Below, in pieces: positions 25,118-34,555 of a stretch of DNA of 64,000 nt. The stretch covers positions 12,895 through 76,894 of the forward strand of contig NJBP01000001.1 of NCBI GenBank assembly GCA_005223085.1, in the 5' to 3' direction. Below the pieces are notes generated by a model. It was not told the DNA's origin, did no database searches, and worked only from the letters and a program-made list of their open reading frames with translations. The translations under genes were made by a program, and so were the position numbers. Position 1 is the first letter of the stretch. The number at the start of each line of letters is the position of its first letter. This DNA is from Candidatus Aerophobetes bacterium Ae_b3b (GTDB lineage: Bacteria; Aerophobota; Aerophobia; Aerophobales; AE-B3A).

Positions 25118-26380
25118 TTGGACAAAAGAGCTACGAAAGGAACCAACATTGGAATCCTGAAGAAACAAAATCAGTCTTTGATTCTTTCCGTTATTAAAGA
25201 ACAGGGACCTATTTCCCGAGTAGCCATTGCCAAAAAAACTGAACTAACCAAGTCAGCAATTTCCAAAGTTGTGGGAAATCTAATCAAAGTAGGGCTGGTA
25301 GAAGAAGTGGGAACAGACAATACCTCTGTAGGACGAAAGCCTATAATGCTAAAGCTAACCACCGACAATTACTTTGTAATAGGTGTGGGGATAAGAAGAA
25401 CAGAAGTTTCTGCAGGGATAGCTAACCTTCAAGGAAATATAATTACAAAAAAAAAGACGTCTTTAAGAAGAGAAGATAACCAGAAGATTATTCTAAAGAA
25501 AGTAATTGACTTAATCTACAGGACAGTTAAAGATTCGGGCCTGGGGATGGAAAAAGTCATAGGTATAGGGATTGGAAGCCCTGGCCCTCTATATGCTCAT
25601 TCCGGAGTTGTTCTCTCCCCGCCAAATTTTCCTGGATGGCATAATGTTCCTTTGAAAAAACTTATCGAAGAAGAATTTAAAATCCCCGCCTTCATCGATA
25701 ATGACGCTAATGTGGCTGCTTTAGGAGAGAAGTGGTTTGGCAACGCACAGGGAATAGATAACTTTATCTATATCCTTCTCGATAAGGGTGTGGGAGCAGG
25801 GATAGTCATTAATGGGGAGGTATATAGAGGGATAGACGGGATAGCCGGAGAATTTGGTCATACTTCAATTTCATTAGACGGAAAAAGGTGTGAGTGTGGA
25901 AATTATGGTTGTCTGGAAAACTTTATCAGTTATTCAGCCATAATTTCAAAAACAAGGAAGTTAATATTCTCTGGCAGGAGAACGATGCTAACCAAAATAG
26001 TTAGAGGAAAACTGGGGGATATAAAGATTGAGAGACTTATAGAAGCTGCTGAAAAGGAAGATGAGCTGGCTTTGGAACTATTAGGAGAAACGGCAAGATA
26101 TTTGGGCATCGGTGTAACTAATCTAGTGAATTTGTTTAACACTAAAACCATCGTCGTCGGCGGGCAATTTGCTCAAGCGGGAGAGGTGCTCCTCGAAGGT
26201 ATAAGGAAAATAGTTAAAAAAAGGGCCTATCCTGCCGCAGCAAGGAATTTAGAGATCATGACCAGTCGTTTGGGAGAGAAGGTCTATGTAGTTGGGGCGA
26301 TTGCTCTAGCGCTTTCTTTCATCTTCAAAAATCTAGAATTGATTAAAGAGAGTGAGAAAAGTTTTATGATGCAATCCTGA
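25118..26380 (+). CDS. ROK-family transcriptional regulator (NagC/XylR type)
   Basis: 420 aa. N-terminal wHTH (ISRVAIAKKTELTKSAISKVVGNLI), ROK sugar-kinase fold (IGIGIGSPGP, DNDANVAALGE), and the Zn motif GHTSISLDGKRCECGNYGCLE. Confidence 0.88.
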   Translation: MDKRATKGTNIGILKKQNQSLILSVIKEQGPISRVAIAKKTELTKSAISKVVGNLIKVGLVEEVGTDNTSVGRKPIMLKLTTDNYFVIGVGIRRTEVSAGIANLQGNIITKKKTSLRREDNQKIILKKVIDLIYRTVKDSGLGMEKVIGIGIGSPGPLYAHSGVVLSPPNFPGWHNVPLKKLIEEEFKIPAFIDNDANVAALGEKWFGNAQGIDNFIYILLDKGVGAGIVINGEVYRGIDGIAGEFGHTSISLDGKRCECGNYGCLENFISYSAIISKTRKLIFSGRRTMLTKIVRGKLGDIKIERLIEAAEKEDELALELLGETARYLGIGVTNLVNLFNTKTIVVGGQFAQAGEVLLEGIRKIVKKRAYPAAARNLEIMTSRLGEKVYVVGAIALALSFIFKNLELIKESEKSFMMQS

Positions 26381-26482
26381 TGTTCTTTTCGGTTGATGAT
26401 TGATATATGACAATAACAAAAAAAATGGAAAACTCTGATAGTGGGGAGAGACAAATTTTAATTATAAACAAGGAGGACGCTG

Positions 26483-26502
26483 AATTAGTAAAAAGAGTTA
26501 AT
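26483..26502 (+). promoter_or_regulatory. 20-nt box AATTAGTAAAAAGAGTTAAT, copy 2
   Basis: See 25062..25081. It is located in the long gap between the ROK gene and the ABC substrate-binding gene. Confidence 0.4.
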
Positions 26503-26505
26503 GAT

Positions 26506-26533
26506 AGATCTTGCTCAAGTTTGAGTAAGATCT
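26506..26533. promoter_or_regulatory. 13-bp inverted repeat (agatcttgctcaa gt ttgagtaagatct)
   Basis: One mismatch and a 2-nt spacer. It lies immediately after box copy 2. Confidence 0.35.
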
Positions 26534-27006
26534 CCTGAGAGAGACGGTTTCCCGCACTTGTAAAAATGAAGCGAATTTTTTTATACCTTTCAAAAGTGAT
26601 TTTAGAACAACTGGAGTATCCCGAGAGGCAAAATATTGAAAAAAGTCGTTCTCGATATGAACTCATAGTTGGAGAATCTACTAGGAAGATTCTAAAAAGA
26701 GAATTTTCTCTTCCCCAGAAATGAAAACTCAGTATAACTACACGCTCCAGTGTCTACTTCTGGATTAAGACCTGAAAGTTCCTTTGCAGTGAAGAGTTTG
26801 TTAGGACACTCAGGGCAAAATGAGAAGTTATGAAAGGAGAAAGTTGAGAAGCTCGAGCATAACATTTCAAGCAAAAACAGTGCGAGATGAGAGGACTATT
26901 ACAGAGAGTACATATTAAAGATGGGAAGGAGGTGAGCTGAAAATACCGTGCAGTGGAGGCAAATTGTAATTTGTCTCTATATCACACAAAAAAAGGAGGT
27001 TTAGTA

Positions 27007-28275
27007 ATGAAGGGAAGAAAAAAAATAATCTTGTTACTAGGATGCATGTTTATTTTCACGGTAAGTGGGTTTTCGATTGCCGGAGCACAACTTCCAAAAA
27101 TCAGAGTGATTATGATGAGTGGTAGCGAGTGCGATGGAATGCAGAAGGTAGCCGAAGCATATATCAAAGAGACCGGCAATCCAGTAGTAGTGGAGGGATT
27201 GGGAAGAGGTGAGTACCACGCTATTCTCCCTGTGCATCTCTTTTCCGCCAGTCCAGGATTTGATATCGCTTGGATTCAAAATACCTGGCTTGCGGAATAT
27301 GCAGAAGCGGGAGTACTCGAGCCCTTAGATGAATTTGTTCAGGCCTCGGAGGGGTATAATATTGAGGATATATTCGGAGTAGGAAGATATAAAGGAAAAA
27401 CATACGCGATTCCAACAGATGTTAGTACTTTTTTTCTCTTTTACCGAAAAGACCTTATCAAAGAGCCCCCTCAAACTTGGAAGGAATTGCTTGAAGTTGC
27501 AAAAAAATTCAGCAAATCTCAAAATCCTCAATCACCCACAAAATATGGGATTACAGGAGATTATATTACAGGAGAAGTCCTACCTCAGACCTGGTGGAAT
27601 ATCATGTGGTCGATGCGGGGTGAGGTAATAGACAAAAGTGGTGAGGTTGTGGTTAACAAAAATGGGGCTTTAGAGGCCGGCAGATATTTTGAAAAATTGG
27701 CAAGAATGGAGTTGGTGCCGCCGAATCTAACTCAAGTGGGTTGGGACGATCATATTAATCATTTTGTAAATGGGGATGCGGCGATGATAGTTCCTGGCTG
27801 GAATGCAGCTTATACCGCACTTCCCGTAGCTGGTGGCTTTGGCAAATACATGAAAGCAACTTTAATACCTGGAGTAAAGCAAGAGGACGGATCTATTTTT
27901 AGGACGCCCTATGCTCATAGCTGGAACTTTGTCATTCCTGCGGCTTCGCGACATAAGAAAGCAGCTTGGGAATTCTTCAAATTTGCAACGAGCAAACAGG
28001 GGATGATAATTTATGCTAAGACTGGTCTAGGGAATCCTCCCCGGGAGTCGGTCCTCATGAGTCCAGAAATGGCCGAAATGCGCCCCGATTTTCTTCTCAT
28101 GGGAAGGACGTTGCGGGACGCCGGATGGTTTCCTCCGGTGACATACTTTGGCAAGATATTCGACGCTCTGGATGTTGCGCTAGCTGAGATTGTTAATTTG
28201 ATGAAGTCTCCTAAGGATGCCCTTGATAGAGCTGCGCGGCTAATATTGGAAGCTAAGAAAGCCGCAGAATACTAG
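27007..28275 (+). CDS. sugar ABC transporter substrate-binding lipoprotein (family 1 SBP)
   Basis: I prefer ATG 27007 because AGGAGG lies 8 nt upstream. The lipobox is MKGRKKIILLLGC, followed by typical SBP-1 content (DIAWIQNTWLAEYAEAG, YAIPTDVSTFFLFYRKDL). Confidence 0.85.
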   Translation: MKGRKKIILLLGCMFIFTVSGFSIAGAQLPKIRVIMMSGSECDGMQKVAEAYIKETGNPVVVEGLGRGEYHAILPVHLFSASPGFDIAWIQNTWLAEYAEAGVLEPLDEFVQASEGYNIEDIFGVGRYKGKTYAIPTDVSTFFLFYRKDLIKEPPQTWKELLEVAKKFSKSQNPQSPTKYGITGDYITGEVLPQTWWNIMWSMRGEVIDKSGEVVVNKNGALEAGRYFEKLARMELVPPNLTQVGWDDHINHFVNGDAAMIVPGWNAAYTALPVAGGFGKYMKATLIPGVKQEDGSIFRTPYAHSWNFVIPAASRHKKAAWEFFKFATSKQGMIIYAKTGLGNPPRESVLMSPEMAEMRPDFLLMGRTLRDAGWFPPVTYFGKIFDALDVALAEIVNLMKSPKDALDRAARLILEAKKAAEY

Positions 28276-28446
28276 TCTATTCTTTTGTAACAGTAAGAGA
28301 CAACACCACAGCCAAACACCTGAATGAGATTGACTAGAGGAAAGGAGCGGCATGATCTTTTCAAGGAGAAAAGAAACGTTGGGTGCAGGTAGCTGAAGAT
28401 CGGCAAAATAAATCTGGCCGAGGCGGGGTTACGCCGGAAGCAAAAT

Positions 28447-28487
28447 CCCGAGTTGGGGGTATTAAAAACCGTCACCCTCAACTCGGG
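28447..28487 (+). terminator. intercistronic stem-loop between the SBP and permease genes (attenuator or partial terminator candidate)
   Basis: cccgagttgggggt / accctcaactcggg form a 14-bp stem with one mismatch and a 13-nt loop. A weakly T-rich tract ataaccttatttg follows. Confidence 0.35.
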
Positions 28488-28537
28488 ATAACCTTATTTG
28501 ATAAAAAGTTAATATTTTAGCAGCTTGAGGTACATGA

Positions 28538-29656
28538 TTGATTGGTAAGCCAAGTTTTCGACTTAAAAAGAACCTATCCACTTATAATTTATTTCAGGTC
28601 ATATTTTTGATATCAGCAGGACTTCCTGTTTTTCTGTTGATCAAAGGCTTAAGAAATGTGAATTTCTATTCCATACTAGTGTGGGGATTCTCCCTTTTTT
28701 TGTTACTCTATTTATTTGTTCTCACTTTGTTCAAAGATAAATACCTAGCTTATACTTTGATTATCCCAGCCGTTTCGATACTCTTCCTTGTTTCGATTTA
28801 TCCTTTTGTTTACTCTCTCAGGGCCAGTTTTTTTGCCGTGAGTGGCATAAATTTACGGAGGACTTGGCCATTTATAGGACTGAGAAATTATATCTCTTTA
28901 TTTAGTGATTCTCTTTTCTGGACTGTATTAATCCGGACAACCGAGTACTTAGCGCTCGCAGTAACAATTGAGCTCTTTGCCGGGTTAGCCATGGCGATTT
29001 TATTCAGTAAAGTCAGAAGGATATTCCTGAGTGTTTTCATTATTCCTATGATGATTGCTCCCATTGTTACCGGTTTATTATGGAAATCCATGTTTAATCT
29101 CGAAAATGGCTTTATAAATAAATTACTAGGATATGCGGGTTTTTCTGACGTGCCATGGTTAACCTATAAGGTGTTACCTATCTTCTCTTTCCTACCTCAA
29201 CCTTATAAACATTTAGCACAGAATTTGAATATGACCTATGGTTTTTTTTCGATTTTGATTCCGGATATTTGGCAGTGGACGCCGTTAGTAGCTTTATTTT
29301 TGCTAGCAGGGATTAAATCTTTGCCAGAAAAAGTATTCGAGTCTGCACAAATGGACGGAGCAGGAGCGTGGCAAACCTTCCGTTATATCACCATTCCTCT
29401 ATTAAAACCTATAATTACAGTGACAATTCTGATACGAATGATCGATGTCTTGAAAGTTTATGAGCCCATTTGGGCTATGTTCCGTACAGGCATTGGAGTC
29501 CGGACTCTAAATATGCAACTAACCACCTATCTATTTCGCACTCACGATTTTGGCAAAGGATCAGCGCTATCGATTGTAGTACTTTTATTAGTTTCAATTA
29601 TCATTACAGTTTTTCATAGAATTCTTTACAGGAGAAAGGAGACCTTCCATCGATAA
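28538..29656 (+). CDS. sugar ABC transporter permease (MalF/UgpA type) with about 65 aa of extra N-terminal hydrophobic sequence
   Basis: 372 aa from a TTG start. The conserved core starts at YLAYTLIIPAVSILFLVSIYPFVYSL, and the EAA-like loop is ESAQMDGAGAWQTFRYITIPLLKP. The exact start is uncertain. Confidence 0.8.
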   Translation: MIGKPSFRLKKNLSTYNLFQVIFLISAGLPVFLLIKGLRNVNFYSILVWGFSLFLLLYLFVLTLFKDKYLAYTLIIPAVSILFLVSIYPFVYSLRASFFAVSGINLRRTWPFIGLRNYISLFSDSLFWTVLIRTTEYLALAVTIELFAGLAMAILFSKVRRIFLSVFIIPMMIAPIVTGLLWKSMFNLENGFINKLLGYAGFSDVPWLTYKVLPIFSFLPQPYKHLAQNLNMTYGFFSILIPDIWQWTPLVALFLLAGIKSLPEKVFESAQMDGAGAWQTFRYITIPLLKPIITVTILIRMIDVLKVYEPIWAMFRTGIGVRTLNMQLTTYLFRTHDFGKGSALSIVVLLLVSIIITVFHRILYRRKETFHR

Positions 29657-29720
29657 CAGAAGAAATAAAATATTAATTAACCTTGGTGCTTTCGTAATTG
29701 TAGGCTTCTGGGTTTTTCCT

Positions 29721-30470
29721 TTGCTGTGGATGATTCTTTCTTCCTTTAAACCCTCAGAACTATTTGGTACTAAACAAATCTATTTCATTTTTAAACCGAC
29801 TCTGGAGAACTATAAGTTTATCTTCCATCAATATCCATTTCTAAGTTATCTTCGAAACAGTCTGGTAGTCACCTTTACTTCTACATTTTTGTCCATAGTC
29901 TTTGGCTCTTTAGCAGGCTACAGTCTTGCACGATTTAAAACGGGAGGAGAGCCTCTTGCATTCTGGGTTTTGTCAACTAGAATGTTGCCTCCTGCAGCGG
30001 TAATCATCCCTTTCTTCATGATTTACATGAGGGCCGGACTCATTAATACCCTATTTGGATTAATAATTGCGTACATGGTGTTTAATCTGTCGTTCGTAGT
30101 TTGGATGACGAGGAGTTTCTTTGGTGAAATACCCGTTGAATTGGAAGAAGCTGCCATGCTCGATGGTTGCTCTAGACTTGGAGCTTTCATAAGAGTCGTT
30201 CTGCCACTGGCGAAAAATGGGATTGCTGCTACTGCTGTATTTTGTGTAGTTTTTGCTTGGAATGAATTTCTCTTTGCATTGGTTCTGACGACATCCGAAG
30301 CTGCGCAAACTTTACCTGCTTCTGTAAATAGATTTATTACAAAGTACGAGATCCATTGGGGCCCGTTATATGCTGAGTCTACTTTGATAATCTTTCCTAT
30401 CTTAATAGCAGCTTTGTTTATGCAACGATACTTGGTCCGAGGCTTAACTTTAGGAGCTCTAAAAGGATAA
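29721..30470 (+). CDS. sugar ABC transporter permease (MalG/UgpE type); the true start is probably upstream at a non-canonical codon
   Basis: EAA loop EAAMLDGCSRLGAFIRVVLPLAKNG. The same frame is open from 29592 and encodes the expected first TM (RRNKILINLGAFVIVGFWVFPLLW), but has no ATG/GTG/TTG before 29721. Confidence 0.8.
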   Translation: MLWMILSSFKPSELFGTKQIYFIFKPTLENYKFIFHQYPFLSYLRNSLVVTFTSTFLSIVFGSLAGYSLARFKTGGEPLAFWVLSTRMLPPAAVIIPFFMIYMRAGLINTLFGLIIAYMVFNLSFVVWMTRSFFGEIPVELEEAAMLDGCSRLGAFIRVVLPLAKNGIAATAVFCVVFAWNEFLFALVLTTSEAAQTLPASVNRFITKYEIHWGPLYAESTLIIFPILIAALFMQRYLVRGLTLGALKG

Positions 30471-30584
30471 AGCAGGACATGTGGACGTGACTTTTCTCTA
30501 ATTGTTTCTGGTCTATTTCACTTATTAGCCACAGTAATTTCTTGATCAGGAATAGTATCAATATGAAAAAAAGGAAGGCGAACG

Positions 30585-31418
30585 ATGGCTAGAAAAATAT
30601 TTGATACTCATTTTCACATAGGAAAATGGGGAAAAAGAAAGGTATTCACTTGTGAAGTTCAACCACTTTTAAAAGAGCATGAAAATTATAAGGACTGTGA
30701 AATTTATCTCCAAGAAAATAACATTGATAAAGGGATTGTAGTTCCTACTTATTTAACGGAAGAGCCAAAAGCTGGCTTGGTGGATTATAATAGATTGGTT
30801 CTAGAAGCAGTTGATAAAGTAGACAACATTTATGGAGGATTATGGGTTTCACCAATGCCAGCGGATATGAGATACACTGAGAAAATTTTGGCGAGAGCTA
30901 CTCATTCTAAAATTAAAGTTCTGAAAATGAGTGTAAATGCGTGGGGGCCTTACACCTATAGCCCAAAAAGCTGGGACAAGACATTTAGATATAATATCGA
31001 GTGCATCCTGGAATTCAGCAAGCAACATAACTTAGTTACCCAGTTACATACCGGAGTCAGTGACAGCAGGGCATTCAGTGAATTTCTTTGTCAGTACAAG
31101 TGGATTGGTAGAGTTCAGTTTGTTCATATGGGAGAGACAGTTGAGGGAGTTCTTGAATTTGTGCCACGATTTGTTAGATGGATAAAAGATAACTTTGATT
31201 TCTACTGCGACATTGCTCTTGTCCCCGGATTCGCTCTCGGGTGGATTGTCTCAAGACTAGAGAAAATTGAAGGCGGTTTGAATAGAGTACTTTTCGGTAC
31301 CGATGCTCCTTGGAGTAGCTTCCTAAGTCACTATTGGAAAGTTGAGAGTTTGGATATTGATGAAAGCTTGAAGTCCAAAATATTTTGGGATAATGCAGAA
31401 AAATTATATGGAAAATGA
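30585..31418 (+). CDS. amidohydrolase-2 (PF04909-like) TIM-barrel metal-dependent hydrolase
   Basis: 277 aa. IFDTHFHIG N-terminal His-x-His motif, later HTG and HMG His residues, and GTDAPW near the C-terminus. Confidence 0.6.
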   Translation: MARKIFDTHFHIGKWGKRKVFTCEVQPLLKEHENYKDCEIYLQENNIDKGIVVPTYLTEEPKAGLVDYNRLVLEAVDKVDNIYGGLWVSPMPADMRYTEKILARATHSKIKVLKMSVNAWGPYTYSPKSWDKTFRYNIECILEFSKQHNLVTQLHTGVSDSRAFSEFLCQYKWIGRVQFVHMGETVEGVLEFVPRFVRWIKDNFDFYCDIALVPGFALGWIVSRLEKIEGGLNRVLFGTDAPWSSFLSHYWKVESLDIDESLKSKIFWDNAEKLYGK

Positions 31419-31758
31419 ATTACTTATTACACAACATAGAGGAGAGTACACAAGCAAGTGCGGACCAGATTTACATATACTTATAAAATTCTGGCAAAAA
31501 TTACTCTGAAAATGAGTTCAAGTTCATATGGCTACAGGGCTGGAACGTTATGAGTAACCCCTTCCAACTTTGTAAAGAGAAGGGTCTCCTGGAAGGAAAT
31601 TATGAGACTTAACTCTCTCCATTCGCACTTTTTTCCCGAGGGGATTTTTAAATAACCCGATCTAACTCTAGTTTCTCCCAAATATGGCGGATAAGGAATG
31701 TATCAGATAGCGAAGACTACTTTTACTCCTTAGTTCATCTAAAATAAAGTACACTATT

Positions 31759-31944
31759 TTAGAAGGCTTGATTAAGGATCGAACAAGAGAATCTATCTTT
31801 CCCTTTCTCCTTAAGACATTCAGGTTGCTCCGGTTGGCTAGGGGTTTTTTGTTTAACTCTACCCTGAGCCCAGTAGGATTCTATCAGACGAAGGTAAGGG
31901 TAAGATCTATCCCTTATTTCTATCCTTACTATGCTGGGATACAT
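31759..31944 (-). mobile_element. remnant of a transposase N-terminus (IS1634/IS4-like)
   Basis: The 61-aa ORF contains RSYPYLRLIESYWAQGRVKQKT, resembling the conserved ...Y.Y.RLVESYR..GKV.Q+ N-terminal motif of IS1634-type transposases. No transposase body follows. Confidence 0.4.
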
Positions 31945-32324
31945 TTCATAATAACTGTCCTACAGGAATTAAAGTTGGCAGGCCCAATCTTATTAAATTT
32001 CCGGCACTACAAATTTTCAAAGATCAAAATAAAGATCCTTTATTTATAAGGGTTTTCAAAAATCAAGAGGCCGTTTTCGGTCAGGAGTTTTAAAGTTGCG
32101 TTTAAGGGACGAAATTACCTTCTGGGATCAGATAGGCAGCGCCTACCCCCTCAGGAAATTTGGACGATGTTAGAAAGGCCGTGAAAAGGAATCCCTTTGT
32201 GACAGCCACCGTGGAGTAGTTACTCAATGTGAGTTCGGCTCTGTAGCCAGACCTGAAAATGTAGAAGCTATGTTTGAGGAGTGGCAGAAAGTATAAAAAA
32301 GAGAATATTCACAGATAAAAAATT

Positions 32325-33416
32325 TTATCTTACGTGTCCCTCCAGGAGAAAGTCTCCTCCCATCTTTTTGACTGAGTTAATTTCTATGAAGGGAGTTTCT
32401 TTTAAGAAGTCAACTCCTTTTCCTTCAACCCATGTCAGGGCTCCTCTTCCTCCTATTATCCGGGGAGCAAGAAAAAGGAAGATCTTGTCCACGCTTCTTT
32501 TTTCAAAAAAGGACCCAATTACTTCTCCTCCTCCCTCTACTAAAAGATTCATTATTTCGAGTTCACCTAGCTTTTTCAGAACCTCCTCCAGACCCACCTT
32601 TCCGTCTTCCTCTCCCATTATGGCTACCTTAATTCCTTTCTTCTCTAATTGCAGGAGTTTATCTTTATCTGACCATAGGGTTGTGAAGACGAAGGTGTCA
32701 GCTTTGTCTTGATCCTGTAAGATGCGCGCCTTAAGAGGAATTCTTAGTGAGCTATCCAGGACAATACGAGCAGAGTTTTTCTTGAAAGGCGGAAGAAGTG
32801 AGGGGTCATCCCTAATTATCGTATTCACCCCAACCAGGATGGCATCTACACGATCTCGCAAGCGGTGAGCGAGTCGACGTGATTTTTCGTTGGTAATCCA
32901 TTTGGATTCACCCTTATAGGTGGCGATCTTTCCGTCTAGACTGGCCGCTGCTTTTACTATCACAAAGGGAATTCTCCTTTTCATAAATTTTAAAAAAGCC
33001 TCATTTACCTTTTCTGCTTCTTCTTTCAAGATCCCAACCTCAGTCTCTATTCCCCCTTTTTGTAGCTCCTCGATTCCCTTGCCTGAGTTTACTGGATTGG
33101 GATCCAGGGTAGCTGCTATTACCTTTTTAATTCCAGCTTTGATTATTTTCTGGGTGCAGGGAGGGGTTTTTCCCCAGTGAGAACAGGGCTCCAGACTTAC
33201 GTATAAAGTAGCCCCTTTTGCCTTGGCTTTGGCCTTCTCGATAGTCTCTACCTCAGCGTGAGGACCTCCGAAATAGCGATGATATCCCTGGGCAATTATG
33301 GTCTCATTTTTTGCGAGTACAGCTCCTACCATAGGATTTGGAGATACTTTTCCTTCTCCCTTTTTCGCTAAAGACAAGGCCAACCTCATCCATTTTTCTT
33401 TCATTTTTAAAATCAC
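32325..33416 (-). CDS. ribD: bifunctional riboflavin biosynthesis deaminase/reductase RibD
   Basis: PNPMVGAVL, GGPHAEV, LEPCSHWGKTPPC (CDA zinc motif), and a C-terminal reductase domain (KAAASLDGKIA, LLVEGGG). Confidence 0.92.
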   Translation of the reverse strand: MILKMKEKWMRLALSLAKKGEGKVSPNPMVGAVLAKNETIIAQGYHRYFGGPHAEVETIEKAKAKAKGATLYVSLEPCSHWGKTPPCTQKIIKAGIKKVIAATLDPNPVNSGKGIEELQKGGIETEVGILKEEAEKVNEAFLKFMKRRIPFVIVKAAASLDGKIATYKGESKWITNEKSRRLAHRLRDRVDAILVGVNTIIRDDPSLLPPFKKNSARIVLDSSLRIPLKARILQDQDKADTFVFTTLWSDKDKLLQLEKKGIKVAIMGEEDGKVGLEEVLKKLGELEIMNLLVEGGGEVIGSFFEKRSVDKIFLFLAPRIIGGRGALTWVEGKGVDFLKETPFIEINSVKKMGGDFLLEGHVR

Positions 33417-33538
33417 ATTTCACCGCGGAGCACGCCGAGAATCAGGAAAATTATTAGCGACTCTCTGAATGCTTACATTTTATTAAGTTTTTCTTTTTGA
33501 TTCATCTCTGCGCACTCTGCGATCTTTGCGGTGGAGAT

Positions 33539-34555
33539 TTAAAGGAGATTCTCTTTAATTAATAACTCAGCAATCTGAATGGCGTTCAAAGCTGCTCCCT
33601 TACGAAGGTTATCAGCTACAATCCAGAGGTTAATCCCATTTTTGATTGATTTGTCTTTTCTAATTCTGCCCACAAAGACCTCATCTTTTTCTGCTGCTTC
33701 TAAAGGTAAAGGATATAGATGATCATCTATATTATCCTGCAGGATGACTCCGGGAGCTCGGGACAAAATCCTCTTTACTTGGGGTACGGAGAGTTCTTTT
33801 CCCATTTCCACGGTTACCGCTTCGGAGTGGCCAATAAATACCGGCACCCGGACGCAGGTTGCCGTTACGGCCATACGATCATCTTCCATAATCTTTTTGG
33901 TCTCGTTGGCTAGCTTTAACTCCTCTTCAGTGTAGCCATTGGGTAAAAACTGTCCTATATGGGGAATAAGATTAAAGGCAATTTGATGAGGATAAACCTC
34001 CTTTTTAATTTCTTCTCCCTTTAGCCATTGTTGGATCTGATCTTTAAGTTCCTCCATTGCTTCTCTTCCCGTTCCAGAGACTGCCTGATAGGTGGAAATG
34101 ATCAACCGTTTAATACGTGTTATTTGATGAAGAGGATTTATAGCCACCACTAACTGAATGGTAGAGCAATTAGGATTTGCAATAATGCCTTGATGATTTT
34201 CGAGAGCGTCCGGATTCACCTCAGGCACCACCAGAGGTACTCCGGATTCCATCCTGAAGGCACTTGAGTTATCCACAACAACTGAACCCTTTTTCACAGC
34301 TTGAGGAGAGAATTCTTTGGAAATTTGGGCCCCCGCTGAAAAGAGAGCTATTTCCACACCTCTGAAAGAGGCGCTACTTAGCCTTTCTACCTTCAGATTT
34401 TCTCCGCAAAACCTTAAGACTCTGCCTTCCGATCTTTCTGAGGCAATTACTCGAAGATTTCCCACAGAAAAACTGCGTTCTTCCAGGATACGTAACATCT
34501 CTTCTCCTACAGCTCCAGTTGCTCCGACTACAGCTACATTATAACCCTTGCTCAA
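33539..34555 (-). CDS. asd: aspartate-semialdehyde dehydrogenase
   Basis: VAVVGATGAVGEEM, IIANPNCSTIQ (active-site Cys), STYQAVSGTG, RVPVFIGHSEAV. Confidence 0.93.
   Translation of the reverse strand: MSKGYNVAVVGATGAVGEEMLRILEERSFSVGNLRVIASERSEGRVLRFCGENLKVERLSSASFRGVEIALFSAGAQISKEFSPQAVKKGSVVVDNSSAFRMESGVPLVVPEVNPDALENHQGIIANPNCSTIQLVVAINPLHQITRIKRLIISTYQAVSGTGREAMEELKDQIQQWLKGEEIKKEVYPHQIAFNLIPHIGQFLPNGYTEEELKLANETKKIMEDDRMAVTATCVRVPVFIGHSEAVTVEMGKELSVPQVKRILSRAPGVILQDNIDDHLYPLPLEAAEKDEVFVGRIRKDKSIKNGINLWIVADNLRKGAALNAIQIAELLIKENLL

Noticed and set aside
26364-26874. Two minus-strand track ORFs (100 aa and 60 aa) in the ROK-SBP gap.
   Set aside because: They have no RBS, an odd composition and no recognisable motifs. 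The first overlaps the end of the ROK gene. The region is treated as non-coding leader or decayed DNA.
33417-33538. Possible FMN riboswitch upstream of ribD.
   Set aside because: Only about 120 nt are available. I could not find the conserved FMN-element segments (GGGCGGGGTGAAATTCCC..., ACCGACAGT...). The region more likely holds the asd terminator or the ribD promoter.
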